Shown here piece by piece: positions 1-13,004 of a stretch of 64,000 bases of DNA (its first letter is position 1; every line of letters starts with the position of its first letter). The stretch is taken from NCBI GenBank assembly GCA_951406725.2, contig OX597825.1, positions 33,170,001 to 33,234,000 on the forward strand, in the 5' to 3' direction. The notes below the pieces were generated by a model. The model searched no databases and was not told the origin of the DNA. It saw nothing but the letters and a program-made list of their open reading frames with translations. The stretch comes from Octopus vulgaris. Taxonomy: Eukaryota. Both the position numbers and the translations under genes were made by a program.

Positions 1-1097
1 AAAGAGTGAGAATAAATAAGAATTACATTTGACAGAGTAATCTGAAAGCTAAGGGGTTAAATAGATTATCTTATTTCACTTCCTTATTTCTATTGAGAAT
101 TTGGATTGAAGAAAACTAAAGAACACTGGTGTAAAGTGCTACACAGTATTTGATTTCCTACATTTTAAGTTCAAATTCTGCTTCAGTCAGTTAGGCCTTC
201 TTTCAGAATCAATGAGTTAAAATGTATATTGATCAATTCAGTCAACAGTATTGACTCTTTTACAAATCCAAACAAGTAGCAACGTAAAGAAAAAATTCCT
301 TATTCATCCAAATTATGCAATATAAGCAGCTTTTTAGTAAAAACATTAACAATATTTAATGCCTGTGTACAGCTGAAAAGCCTGAAGCAGCAGTTTTGAT
401 TGGGGAAAAATCCCTCACATCCAGAACAATATTGTTTCACCTAACTCTGAAGTATAGAGTCTTTTTTAAAACAGTACATTTGTGGCTGTGTGGTAAGAAG
501 TTTGCTTCCCAACCACATGGTTCTAGATTCAATCCAACAGTGAGGCACAATTGTGAATGCATTTGGTAGACGGAAACTAAAAGAAGCCCATCATCATTTA
601 ATGTCCGCTTTCCATGGGTTGGACAATTTGACTGAGGTCTGGCGAACCAGATGGCTGCACCAGACTCCAATCTGATCTTGCAGAGTTTCTACACCTGGAT
701 ACCCTTCCTAATGCCAACCACTCCAAGAGTGTAGTGAGTGCTTTTACGTGCCACCAGCACGTTTTCAGTGGACCTTGAGAAGTTTTCTAAAAATCCATCA
801 AATTTTAATATATTTGTGGACTAATGAACAGTTCACAGCTTTTAAATACTCTTTTTGACATAATTTAACTTTCGCTTGCATAAGTATTGCAAGACATGGA
901 AATGAGGGACAGATATGAGGAGGTAGTTTTATATGTAAGATATAACATACATGTAAACTAGATATACAGCTAGTTTGTTCAGAGATACAGAGGTCATTGT
1001 ACAAATAGAAAACAGTCTAGAAAACACTCATTACTGTGACAAAAAGTGATTTTCACATTATAGACACACACATATTTTTAAAAGTTTAAACTTTTAC

Positions 1098-1254
1098 CTA
1101 TCAGATATATCATCTTGTCCACTGATACGGAGACTTGGAACAGCTTCATTCCAAAACTTTTTTATCAGTTCATTATAATTACTTTCCACATAGTAATTAA
1201 ACAGGCATTTGATGACAAGTTCCTTATTTTCCTGACTGTTTTGGTTACAAGCAC
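1098..1254 (-). CDS. PINK1: PINK1 coding exon (beta3 Lys and alphaC); gene continues left of the window
   Basis: TTCTAG|...AG|GTAAAA, 157 nt, phase 1 to 2. Encodes KELVIKCLFNYYVESNYNELIKKFWNEAVP, similar to the insect PINK1 LAxKMMFNYDVESN...ETVP motif. Confidence 0.9.
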
Positions 1255-1489
1255 CTAGAAATATAAAATATAAATTGTAAAAAGAAAAACAGAAATAAAC
1301 CCCAATATGTTGATATATATCTCTGTATGCAGTTGTACATTACCATGGATGGATGGGTGGATGGATGCTCCAATTGGTCTCTTATTTAATTATCTTTACT
1401 CAAATAACACACACACACACATTCAAAGTGATTATATTATCTAGATAACAAAAAGTATCAACTGCCATTACTGAATCATTACTGGACCT

Positions 1490-1528
<39 letters not shown>

Positions 1529-1776
1529 ATGCATACCTTGTATAAAGGTGAGTCAGTAAGTTATGCAAATATAAATTGCATAACTTTCTGACTCACCCTC
1601 ATTAGAAATTCATTTCTTCTTTGTTGCTCTAGAAATTTTTCTGCCACACTCGGAAAAACATCTGCATTTAATATGGTTGTAACTGATTTTTATAACTGAA
1701 TCAATTTAACCTTCTATTTTCAACTACTGTGATATACACATGTACATACAGTCAATCACAGTGCTGTATATGTGTG

Positions 1777-1852
<76 letters not shown>

Positions 1853-2096
1853 CACACTCACACACATAGTACAGGAATTGTCATTGACAGGAGAACAACT
1901 TGTGTGTGTGTGTGTGTGATTATATTTTGTAAGTGTATGTATGGCATTTTGATAAACAGTTGTTTGTATGTGTGGATGCATTCATATATGTGCAAGTGAA
2001 AAGAAGATCAATGGGGACTGAGAAAAATAATGATAAAGTTCCATACAGCTAAGAGGAGAAAAGAAGAAAACATCTTGTATAACAGACTGTCCTTAC

Positions 2097-2153
2097 CATC
2101 TTGGTTTTGGTTCTCATCCAAACGAGACTCGCTCAAGTTGGAAATATCACTTT
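2097..2153 (-). CDS. PINK1: PINK1 57-nt micro-exon (kinase insertion 1 region)
   Basis: T9CTTGACAG acceptor and G|GTAAGG donor, symmetric phase 1-1. Encodes (E)SDISNLSESRLDENQNQD in frame between flanking exons. Confidence 0.7.
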
Positions 2154-2721
2154 CTGTCAAGAAAAAAAAATTACCATAGTACAAGGACATTATGAATTAC
2201 ATTAAACCAATATTATGTATTACACTAAAGTAACATTAAAAATTATATTAAACTGACATTATGTATTATACTATCCCAAAATGAAGTATCACACTATAGT
2301 AAAATTATGTATTATATTATATAAACAATATGAATTATATTAGACCAACAACATGTTGTATCATTCAACTACGGTAGTAATTGAATAATACTCTTAAGGC
2401 CGCAATTTATTCACATGCAGCATCTTTCAGAGCTTGTCGCTAATTCAGTTCTTAATCAAATTGAAAACTGTTAACATTTCTGAAGAGGACTGGTCCCTAG
2501 CTACATTTTGGCATATAAAATTTAGATTTGGTTCAGTAGAAAAAAGTTTACATCAAAATTTGTAGCAACCATATAGGAGAGTAAGTAATGCCACCAAACA
2601 AGTTTATATCTATATAACCTTTTTTTATTTTAAAAGCAAAATATATTTATCTTAACTTCAATGATAGAAGAAAGCATGAAGAATTTCATAGTTTTGATCC
2701 CATGCAACAAAAATTTGTATT

Positions 2722-2931
2722 AAAAATGTTGTGAGGTAAAATATGAAATGTAAGTAAGGCAAAAAATTAAATTTAAGTATAATTAACTTTTTTATTTTGA
2801 AAACAAACTATATTTTAATTAAGCTTAAAAATGTTGTGAGGTAAAATATGAAATGTAAGTAAGGCAAAAAATTAAATTTAAGTATAATTAACTTTTTTAT
2901 TTTGAAAACAAACTATATTTAAATTAAGCTC
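2722..2931. repeat. 105-bp tandem duplication
   Basis: AAAAATGTTGTGAGGTAAAATATG...AATTAAGCT occurs twice, near-identical. Confidence 0.9.
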
Positions 2932-3218
2932 AATTCGAGGAATTTCATGGTATCAATCTCATGCAATGAAATTTTAAAAGAAAAAAGTTATGAGTGTCTG
3001 TTTCTCAAATTTGAGGGTGATAATATAGTTCTATACTTTTTCATGAATATAGTTCTATAAGGGCACTTTTAAACATGTCATTGGCATCATTGAGGTAAGG
3101 AAAAGATTATCAACGACACCACTAATTGACACATTTGACACGTTATTAATTAGCATAATAACATAGCCTGGAAAAAACATGGATTACATGGAAAAATGTA
3201 AGCAAGAGAAATAATATT

Positions 3219-3350
3219 CTTAAGATTATAAATCTGAAAAAGTACAGGACAAGTTTTCTTGTTCTGAACTTTACCAGATGTAATAACTTGTCATGAACTT
3301 CTCCAAGTGTAATAACTTGTCCTGTACTTTTCCAGATTTATAATCTTAAG
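3219..3350. repeat. Small inverted repeat, about 37-bp arms
   Basis: CTTAAGATTATAAATCTGAAAAAGTACAGGACAAGTT / AACTTGTCCTGTACTTTTCCAGATTTATAATCTTAAG. Confidence 0.85.
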
Positions 3351-4836
3351 ATTATAAATCATACTACCTTTGCAGACCACAGGTTGGGAACCACTGGTCT
3401 AGTGTAACATATGATGTTGGCCTAATGTAATACATAATTTTGGTCTAATGTGACCAGTGATGTTGCTCTAAAGTAATAATGATGATATTCTCATTTAAAT
3501 ATGAATAGGTAAATACGGACTGGTTTGGGCGGTTTGGTCACATTAACCAAAATTTTTTTCGGGCGGCTTTGGGAGGTTTGGTAACGAAAGGGTTAAACAT
3601 AATTGTGCTATGGGGAGACAACTGTAAATTGTTGGTTGTGTCTCGTTACTGGAACTGTAAAATACTAGTTATGTCCCTTCACTGGAACTACTTACCAACA
3701 TACATAGGTTAAAAGAGATCTGTATGTAATGTGTGCTGTGTACAATAATTGAGACAGAAACACTTCAGCCAGACTTCTCACAAAGAACAAGCTCTGAATG
3801 AGAAGAGCTATGATCAAAGATATTCCATGCTACCCTGTTCATTTTCAGACATCATATCTAGGACCAGATAATCTGATATGTCCTTTCCTATTGCAGTACA
3901 ATAGAGTACGATTTGAAGGAGATTTGACTGCTATTTCGAGCAGGTCGAGTGATCAAACCAAGCAAATAGTTCAAGTTCAGTGCAACAACTCTATTTTTAA
4001 CAGAGAAACAGGAGAAATGAGTATTTTATATTTTTTATCTGTTTCTTATTTCTTTACTGCCCACAAGGGGCTACACACAGAGGGGACAAATGGATTTAGC
4101 CGATTGCATCGACCCCAGTGCGTAACTGGTACTTATTTAATTGACCCCGAAAGGATGAAAGGCAAAGTCGACCTCACCGGAATTTGAACTCAGAATGTAG
4201 CAACAGACGAAATACCGCTAAGCATTTCGCTCGGCATGCTAACATTTCTGCCAGCTCACTGCCTTATCTATTTTTTATCTGTTTCTGTCAGTCAACTGCT
4301 GCCATGCTGGGGTTTTAGTCAAAAATCAACACTGGGACTTGTTTTGAAGTCTGGTATTTATTTCATCACAGGTTATCAAGTGGTGAGTATGAGGGTAAAC
4401 ACAATAAGAATACATAGACATAAAGATACATATGTATACAACAGGCTTCTGTCAGTTTCCATCAACTAAATCCACTCACACGGCTTTGGTGGGTCCAGGG
4501 CTATGGTAGAGGATACCTCTCCAAGGTGCCATGCATTGGAACTGAACTTCAAGCCACGTGGTTAGGAAACAAATGTCTTAACCACACAGCCATGCTTGTA
4601 GCTTTGTGTAATGTCTCTATGTAATGTGAATGAGCAGGAAGGACAACACCCCACAGAGTAGAGCCAAACAAGGGTTTCTACACCTTTCAATAAAAACAAT
4701 AATTCAGTAAAAATAATAATGGCTAATGTGTAAAAGTGGGTAGAACATCAGTTGGAAAGTATACTTTGCTGTTGTCCTAGTCTTATAGAGGTTTTAGTAG
4801 TAGAAGCATAATTAAATCAATTGTAAAAATACTTAC

Positions 4837-4984
4837 CATTGTCTTCTGTACGACATTTAGCAGAAAATACTGCTCCATTACACCCTTTAGCAATGTAATT
4901 CAAGAATTCAATGTTTGAATAGCTCTTTGGAACATTCACTCCTTTCAATGGATCTGTTTTAGGGGATTCTTTCTCATACGATGT
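4837..4984 (-). CDS. PINK1: PINK1 coding exon 2 (kinase Gly-rich loop)
   Basis: TTTGTAG|...|GTAAGT, 148 nt, phase 0 to 1. Encodes TSYEKESPK...IEFLNYIAKGCNGAVFSAKCRTEDN, matching the PINK1 IxKGCxxxVY/F loop. Confidence 0.9.
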
Positions 4985-5114
4985 CTACAAACAGCAAAGA
5001 CATCAATGAATAGTAACAGAAAGTACATAGTACATGAGTCTTTACCTATTTCATATATTTTTTGTAAACAAAACACTCTACCTGTGAGCTTCAGTCAAAT
5101 GTGAAACCAAACTA

Positions 5115-6290
5115 CCAGGTCATCTCATAAGTTCTGTCCAAATTTTGAATAAAGAAAACAAGTGATCAAATGTTATATTTAATTGAAATTTAATCATCAA
5201 TGTACTTTCCCTGATTATCTATGACTTCCTTCCATCTATTTACAAGCTTTTTAATCCCATCAGTGTAAAACTCATTTGGTTTCAAAGCAAAGAACTCTGA
5301 AATGTCAGTTTCGACCTCCTCCTAGCTTGCGAAAGTTATGTACCCCAAATGATTCTGTAAACTACGAAACAAATGGTAGACTGAAGGAGCAAGGTCAGGA
5401 GAATAAGGTGAATGCGGAATTTTTCCCAACCAAGCTCTTCGATCTTCTGTAATATGACCTTTGCATCCTGGGGGTCGCACTTTGTCCTGATGAAACATCA
5501 CTACTTTTCAATTCACTAAAGCGGGTCTTTTTTTCTTCAAAGCTTGGTTCAAACTCTCTAATTGCTGACAGTAGACTTGAGCATTGATTGTTGCATTAGG
5601 TGGTAGCAATTCAAGTGAATTACTCCTTTGCAATCCCACCAGATAGAGAGAAGAACCTTTTTCCCATAAAGTTCCCTTCTCGGTTGTAGTTGAGCTTTTT
5701 CCCTTTTACCAAGCCACTGTTTACGATGCTTAACATTTCAATAGAAGATCCATTTTTCGTCACCAGTCACAAGTCTATCCAAAAAGAGTGAAATGAGTTC
5801 ACGACGGGATTTGTGGTTGCTTTCGGACAATTCATGAGGCACCCATTTTCCAAATTTAGGAACCTTTCCAAGTTGTTGAAGATGACGATGAACAGTTGTA
5901 TGGTTTGAACTAAGCTTTATTGCCAATTCTTCAACTGATAATGCAGGATTTTCTTCAAGTAATGCCTCAAGGAGCTTATCATCAAACTCAACTGGATGTC
6001 CTGTTCGATCTTCATCTTCAAGGCTGAAATCTCCACTTCTGAATTTTGCAAACCATCTTCTGCAAGTTCTTTCATTCAAGCATTCTTCCCCATAAACTGA
6101 GTGTATGTTTTGAGTCGCTTCGGCTGAGGAGTTTCCTTTGTTGTACTCATAAAGCATTATGTGCCTCAAATGCTCTTTGGATACTTCCATGTTAGAAAGG
6201 GTTTTAATCAAAGAAATTTTAATTCTATTATTCTGTAAAATAATATTTAATCAGTTTAAATGTACACAAATGCACTGATATGGTTATGTA
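5115..6290 (-). mobile_element. Decayed mariner transposon
   Basis: ORF 5738-6211 has an HTH, WVPHEL and LVTGDEKWIFY. A frameshifted downstream part has HSPYSPDLAPS. A TA-flanked TIR-like end lies at 5113-5140. Confidence 0.9.
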
Positions 6291-6983
6291 ATGCATATGG
6301 ATGAGGACAGCTGTGTAAAGAAATACCAATCACTGACTGTGGAGGGAACCTGTAGTAGAGGTAGATCCAAGAAGACATGGGACGAGGTGGTGAAACATGA
6401 TCTTCAAACTTTGAGCCTCTCAGAGGCAATGACTGGTGACTGAGACCTTTGGTGATGCCAAGTGCATCCATGATGATGGCATGTAAAGATCATCTTTTGA
6501 ACATTGGGCCTTATGGAGACAAAGTGGCGGAGTTCCTTTCGCGCAGTGGGCCTCACAGAAGCAAAGTGGCTCAGTTCCTTTTGAGCATTGGGCCTCACCT
6601 AGGCAAGTGGCTGAGTTCCTTTCATGTGTTGGACCTCGTGAAGACAATGAACAAGACCTTTGGCATTATGCCGTGCTTGAGAAGAAGACCCATCAAGCTG
6701 AGCAAAATCACAGATATGGCAGATACCGGTGTCATGCAAACTGGCACCTGTGCCGGGGGCACATAAATGCACCCTGGTGTCACACAAATGGCACCCGTGC
6801 CAGAGGCACATAAAAGCATCCATTACACTCTCAGAATGGTTGGCATTAGGAAGGTCATCCAGCTGTAGAAAACCATGCCAAATCAGACTGGAGTCTGGTG
6901 CAACCTTCCAGTGTGCCAGCCCAGTCAAATCATTGAACCCATGCCAGCATGGACAACGGACATTAAATGATGATGATGATGAT
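6290..6983 (+). mobile_element. (GAT)n-tailed retroposon family E (others about 591-760, 10483-10900, 11970-12388, 17138-17290, 24930-25072, 42670-43125)
   Basis: Shared 3' end ...CCATGCYAGCATGGA..ACGGACGTTAAAYGATGATGAT with variable 5' truncation. Confidence 0.8.
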
Positions 6984-8116
6984 TCTGTGAGTAGTATATT
7001 CCATGCCAGCTACCACTATAAAACAGTAGATTAAGCATATGGTCTGGAGCTAATATTTCCTGCCTAACATTCCAGTTATTATTTCACAGTTTGGCTGGTA
7101 ATAAGCAGTTTCTTGTTTTCTTATTCTCAGATTTGGAGATGGCACTGGTCACCCAGGACATCGAGCACAACATCCACCCTTCAGATAAGAGAACTCAACA
7201 AAAAAGAGATGACATACCAAGCAAGAAAATTAAAGCAGGCAGAAGACAAGTATACACAAAGTCACTTACAATCAGACTCTGCTACTCAATTGCCTTGTTG
7301 GGAATCTTATCAATTTCCAATCTGGATACACTATTAACTCCAGATCAGTTCTGTATTGGTATTTCATTATGAATTAGTACTTTATTTCATCAAATTTGTC
7401 ATGAAGACAGTACACAGATTAGGTAGCTTTTATCAATGAATGATAACGATACAAGAATGATAAGCATATCAACAGATGCAGCTGTCATGGCAAGTGAATG
7501 GATCCTCGTGGCCTTGATGGTCTGTCTAATATGGGGCACCATATGTGTAGAGAAATTAATGGGATAATCCAATGAGTCATTGAAAAGCACAGTATTCCAT
7601 TTATGCTGAGCCCAGTGGCAGACTGGCCAGGTTGCCAGCTTGCCCGATAGCAAGTGGGCCCCTGTGCCATTAGAATCCATATATGGAGTCCCATGTTAGT
7701 ATCTAAGGGGCCCATCCCCTCAAGTTTGAGAATTTTTTATTCACTCCAAGAAGAATGCATTAATTATTTCAGCCTGACTGTGTTTGTAGACAGTTGAAAA
7801 GAATACTTTTAACAAAAAATAAATAAATAAATGATAGTATTGTAGTTGCAGGTGGACCCCCTTGGTCTCTTGGCAACCAGTATTTTCAGACCCAGTCCAC
7901 CACTGGCTGAGCCTACAGGATTGTTTAATCAAATAGAAAAGGACCAATCATATTATATTCTCACTGACTGACACAGCAGAACAATCTAAAAACATAAAAT
8001 GTGACTTATAGAGATACATTATAAGCTTCAATTCATAGCATTCAAAATCCTAGGTGCACATGGACCAACTAAAAGAGCAACAATTGACAAAATCTACAAA
8101 TGACATTTTGAAATAG

Positions 8117-8154
<38 letters not shown>

Positions 8155-8641
8155 CTTGCTTTTTTCGTCAGTGACAGCCAATGTCTAAATAATACTAGTA
8201 TGGATTGTATACAACCCACATATTTGTAGTCATTATCAGTAAATAGAAGAGTTAGCATATAAATGTATCTAGTCGGTATTTGGGCAAGCTTTCCAAGAAT
8301 TCATTGCATATTTCTGTAAATAGAGCCGTTATACTTTATAACCCAAAGCATCAGTTTCTCTATTTTTTCCAAAGTGCGGGTGCACCTGTTATTTATCTCC
8401 CGTGTACCATTACGTCACAACTCTAGGTTAACTTCTCTCTCCCCCACCCCACCTTCTTGTTATGATCGTCCAGACTATTTTATTCCATAACTTTCTGGTG
8501 AATGCATATATTTTGAAGAAATCTTGTAGTGATTGTCTTCCGTGATGGTAGATTCGATCATGATAAAAACATTACCAAAAGACAAAAAAATGAGAATGTT
8601 TCGTTTAATTCTTCGCGGCGTGACAGTTGCTGGAATGGAAA

Positions 8642-8815
8642 GAGAAGAAAGCTAATGGGTTGTGTGTGCATGTTCTTGTCTGTGTGTGCGTGCGTGTCTG
8701 TGTGTGCGTGCGTGCGTGTCTGCGTGTGTATCACACGCACACACACAGACAACAAGCACGAACAAACACACAGACAACAACAAGCACGCACACACAACCC
8801 ATTAGCTTTCTTCTC
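8642..8815. repeat. Inverted repeat with perfect 28-bp outer arms and TG/CA-rich interior
   Basis: GAGAAGAAAGCTAATGGGTTGTGTGTGC / GCACACACAACCCATTAGCTTTCTTCTC. Confidence 0.85.
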
Positions 8816-9544
8816 CTCCTCCTCAGATGTTAGCAAACGTCACGGAGATAGCCGAAGTGAATTGTCGAGTTGTCACGGAAACAACCGAGTGTTTGTTTTG
8901 GTTTTGTCGAGTTTAATGGTTTTCAAATACCAAGCAAACTTACAAATTTGGGACAGTAAAATAATTTTTCTTTTTTTAAATCGTTAATTTAACCGAGAAA
9001 ATCTGTACTTATTATGGTTTTGTTTTGCTAGTTCTATTCCTTTTCTAAATACTGAGTATTTGGTTAATGTTTACATAAACCCGGAAATGGAGTAATTTTG
9101 TAAGGAAAGAAAAAAATAAAATTCAGAAAAAAAAATGAAAATTTGGGAGGCATCTTTCGTTTTCACCCGCAAACTTGTCATTAGCGTTAGTTTGGTTTTT
9201 AAACAGGCATTCTTTCGATTTATGATCGCAGATTGAAAATGCAAAATTATCGTAAACAATCTGCATCAACATTTTGGTAATTTTTTCGGTTAAACTAAAG
9301 CGTTACACCATTCTTTTCAGAATTTTAAACGAGAAAATCCGATCGCCTCCTAAAAAGTATTCGAAAAGTATTAAAAACAAAACATGGTGGGAAGGGATTG
9401 AAATTTTCGAAAAAATCAAATATAATAAAGGAGGGGTTGTCTTAATTGACATGACAATCTCAACAATGTCAGCAAGTGTCAATATTTTACACGCACAGTT
9501 TTTTATCACAAACCAAAACAATGTCGTTTATTGATTGTTTATAC

Positions 9545-9723
9545 CAGTGGTTTTCAACCAGGGTTCCGCAAGAAGTTACAAAACTGCTAAAATCGGCAGT
9601 AATTTTTAATTCTCCTGTGCAGATATGTGTGCATAAGACTATTAAATTATTGCACAGGGGTTCCTCGAGCCAGTGGAATGTTTCCTTGGGGTTCCGCTCC
9701 AGCAAAAATGTTGAAAAGCACTG
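9545..9723. mobile_element. hAT-type MITE
   Basis: TIRs CAGTGGTTTTCAAC / GTTGAAAAGCACTG; 8-bp TSD GTTTATAC / GCTTATAC. Confidence 0.8.
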
Positions 9724-9842
9724 GCTTATACGTTTGAAAAAAATTATAACCATTTATATATAAATATGTGGCATAGTTTCGGTTGTAGTAAAAGCCTATG
9801 TGGCATAGTTTCGGTTGTAGTATAGTTTCGGTTGTAGTAGCA

Positions 9843-10201
9843 CAGATTTCCGTCGATTTCCGTAAAAAACTTTTATTTTTTTACATAAGTAATGAGAGCG
9901 AAAGAGACTAAGAGGAAGCGATTTTACGACGAGAAGGTTTCACTTTGAAGTCGGCCTGTGTGTGTTTGATGGGGTGTGGGAGACAGACAGTATGTTGTGT
10001 AAGTGAAGTGCTTCTGGGTACTTGTCAATTGTCGTGGTCCCGGTTTTGCACACGCGAATTCGCGCGCGCGCGCGCGTCAGACGTAGGTACTCGATACTCG
10101 AGATCCTACGAGGTGACTTGCGCATGCGCAGTGCAGAATTCGCGCGTGCGCGTTAACCCCCTCCCCCCAAAAAAAAGGTGTTGGATTTCACTAAAAATAT
10201 A

Positions 10202-10233
<32 letters not shown>

Positions 10234-11475
10234 ACATTTTCAATTTTACACAAAAAATTACATAGTCGCTTTCCTCGCGGATTTACAGAGAAATGAATTA
10301 ATTACTATTTTACAGAATAAAATTAATGAATTAATTATATAAATTAAATAATTCTTGAAAATTAATTAATATTAATAATATTTTTTGAACAAAGTAAATA
10401 ATTTATAAAACTTGGTTAATAATTTTTTTTACACAAACGCGAACGTATATAATTTGGTAAACTTAATGAATTAATTTCTTCTCATCATCATCATCGTTTA
10501 ACGTCCGTTCTCCATGCCAGCATGGGTTGGACGGTTCGACCGGGGATCTGGGAAGCCAGAAGGCTGCACCAGACTCCAGTCTTATCTGGCAATGTTTCTA
10601 CAGCTGGATGCCCTTCCTAACGCCAACCACTCCGAGAGTGTAGTGGGTGCTTTTTACATGCCACCCGCACAGGTGCCAGGAGAGGCTGGCAACGGCCACG
10701 GTCGGATTGGTGCCAGTCGAGGCGGCTCTGGCATCGGCCACGATTCGGATAGTGCTTTTTACGTACCACCAGTCCAGGGGTCCTGGCATTTGCCGGGTGC
10801 CACACTTGCCCCAACATGTCTTCGCAAGCAAAGGGGGTTGGCATGGGTGCCTGTCGTGGGATGAGGTTCGATATCAACTTCGCTTGCCTCAACAGGTCTT
10901 TGTGTATAAATGTATAAATTTTTCGCACTAAATTCTTTCCGTAGAATTTATAAAAAAACGCGCAAAATTATTCCGTAGACTTTATCAAATTAAAAAACGC
11001 AAAATTAATATATTTTTTGAAATTGCAAATTATTTAGAATATAAAACAAATTAAGTTAAATTTTAAAAATAAATGTCATATACTTATACTCTGTAAGGTG
11101 CTGTGTTCACACTTCAATTTACTATTTTCTAGAAATGTTGCTTTTCTAATTGAAACAATTTTTCTCAATCTCCATTTAAAAGTCCATAATGCCTCTTGAG
11201 CCATATCAAAATGAACAACTTTGAATTACCCGGTGGTGGTGTGAGGTTCTAATTTTTTTTCTGATCTCTCTTTGCCCCCTCTTTATCTCAGTTGTTCATT
11301 CAGCTAATATTTAGAAAAATTTTTGCGCCCAATTTTTGTTGTCGCGGGAAAAGATGAACGATTTAAAATAAATATATCTTAATTGTAGTGTGAGAAAGTA
11401 TATATATTCTGATGACAAAATATATTATCTTTCAAAAACATCCCAAATTTATAGACTATATCGTGTAGGTTTAAG

Positions 11476-11534
<59 letters not shown>

Positions 11535-12672
11535 TAGTAGAGAATGAAACATCTTTCATCTGTCTCCCCACCACACCTCCATCTAGGGGGGGGCAAAGAG
11601 AGATCAGAAAAAAATTAGAACCTCACACCACCACCACCGGGTAATTCAAAGTTGTTCATTTTGATATGGCTCAAGAGGCATTATGGACTTTTAAATGGAG
11701 ATTGAGAAAAATTGTTTCAATTAGAAAAGCAACATTTCTAGAAAATAGTAAATTGAAGTGTGAACACAGCACCTTACAGAGTATAAGTATATGACATTTA
11801 TTTTTAAAATTTAACTTAATTTGTTTTATATTCTAAATAATTTGCAATTTCAAAAAATATATTAATTTTGCGTTTTTTAATTTGATAAAGTCTACGGAAT
11901 AATTTTGCGCGTTTTTTTATAAATTCTACGGAAAGAATTTAGTGCGAAAAATTTATACATTTATACACAAAGACCTGTTGAGGCAAGCGAAGTTGATATC
12001 GAACCTCATCCCACGACAGGCACCCATGCCAACCCCCTTTGCTTGCGAAGACATGTTGGGGCAAGTGTGGCACCCGGCAAATGCCAGGACCCCTGGACTG
12101 GTGGTACGTAAAAAGCACTATCCGAATCGTGGCCGATGCCAGAGCCGCCTCGACTGGCACCAATCCGACCGTGGCCGTTGCCAGCCTCTCCTGGCACCTG
12201 TGCGGGTGGCATGTAAAAAGCACCCACTACACTCTCGGAGTGGTTGGCGTTAGGAAGGGCATCCAGCTGTAGAAACATTGCCAGATAAGACTGGAGTCTG
12301 GTGCAGCCTTCTGGCTTCCCAGATCCCCGGTCGAACCGTCCAACCCATGCTGGCATGGAGAACGGACGTTAAACGATGATGATGATGAGAAGAAATTAAT
12401 TCATTAAGTTTACCAAATTATTATACGTCTGTAAAAAAAAAAAGTTTCACAAATTATATACGTTCGCGTTTGTGTAAAAAAAATTATTAACCAAGTTTTA
12501 TAAATTATTTACTTTGTTCAAAAAATATTATTAATATTAATTAATTTTCAAGAATTATTTAATTTATATAATTAATTCATTAATTTTATTCTGTAAAATA
12601 GTAATTAATTCATTTCTCTGTAAATCCGCGAGGAAAGCGACTATGTAATTTTTTGTGTAAAATTGAAAATGT

Positions 12673-12704
<32 letters not shown>

Positions 12705-12971
12705 TATATTTTTAGTGAAATCCAACACCTTTTTTGGGGGGGAGGGGGTTAACGCGCACGCGCGAATTCTGCACTGCGCATGCGCAAGTCACCTCGTAGG
12801 ATCTCGAGTATCGAGTACCTATGTCTGACGCGCGCGCGCGCGCGAATTCGCGTGTGCAAAACCGGGACCACGACAATTGACAAGTACCGTGCTTCTGTTA
12901 GTGTGTGCGAAGAGACAGACATACATATACACATACACCGAGTACATACATACATACATACATACACACAC

Positions 12972-13004
<33 letters not shown>

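Noticed and set aside
798-1004. ORF containing KLPPH as the next PINK1 exon
   Set aside because: It does not continue as HPNIV and has no convincing phase-2 acceptor; the next exon probably lies outside the window.
10514-10931. Duplicated 77-116-aa ORFs as paralogous genes
   Set aside because: They are chance ORFs in a retroposon copy mirrored by the fold-back.
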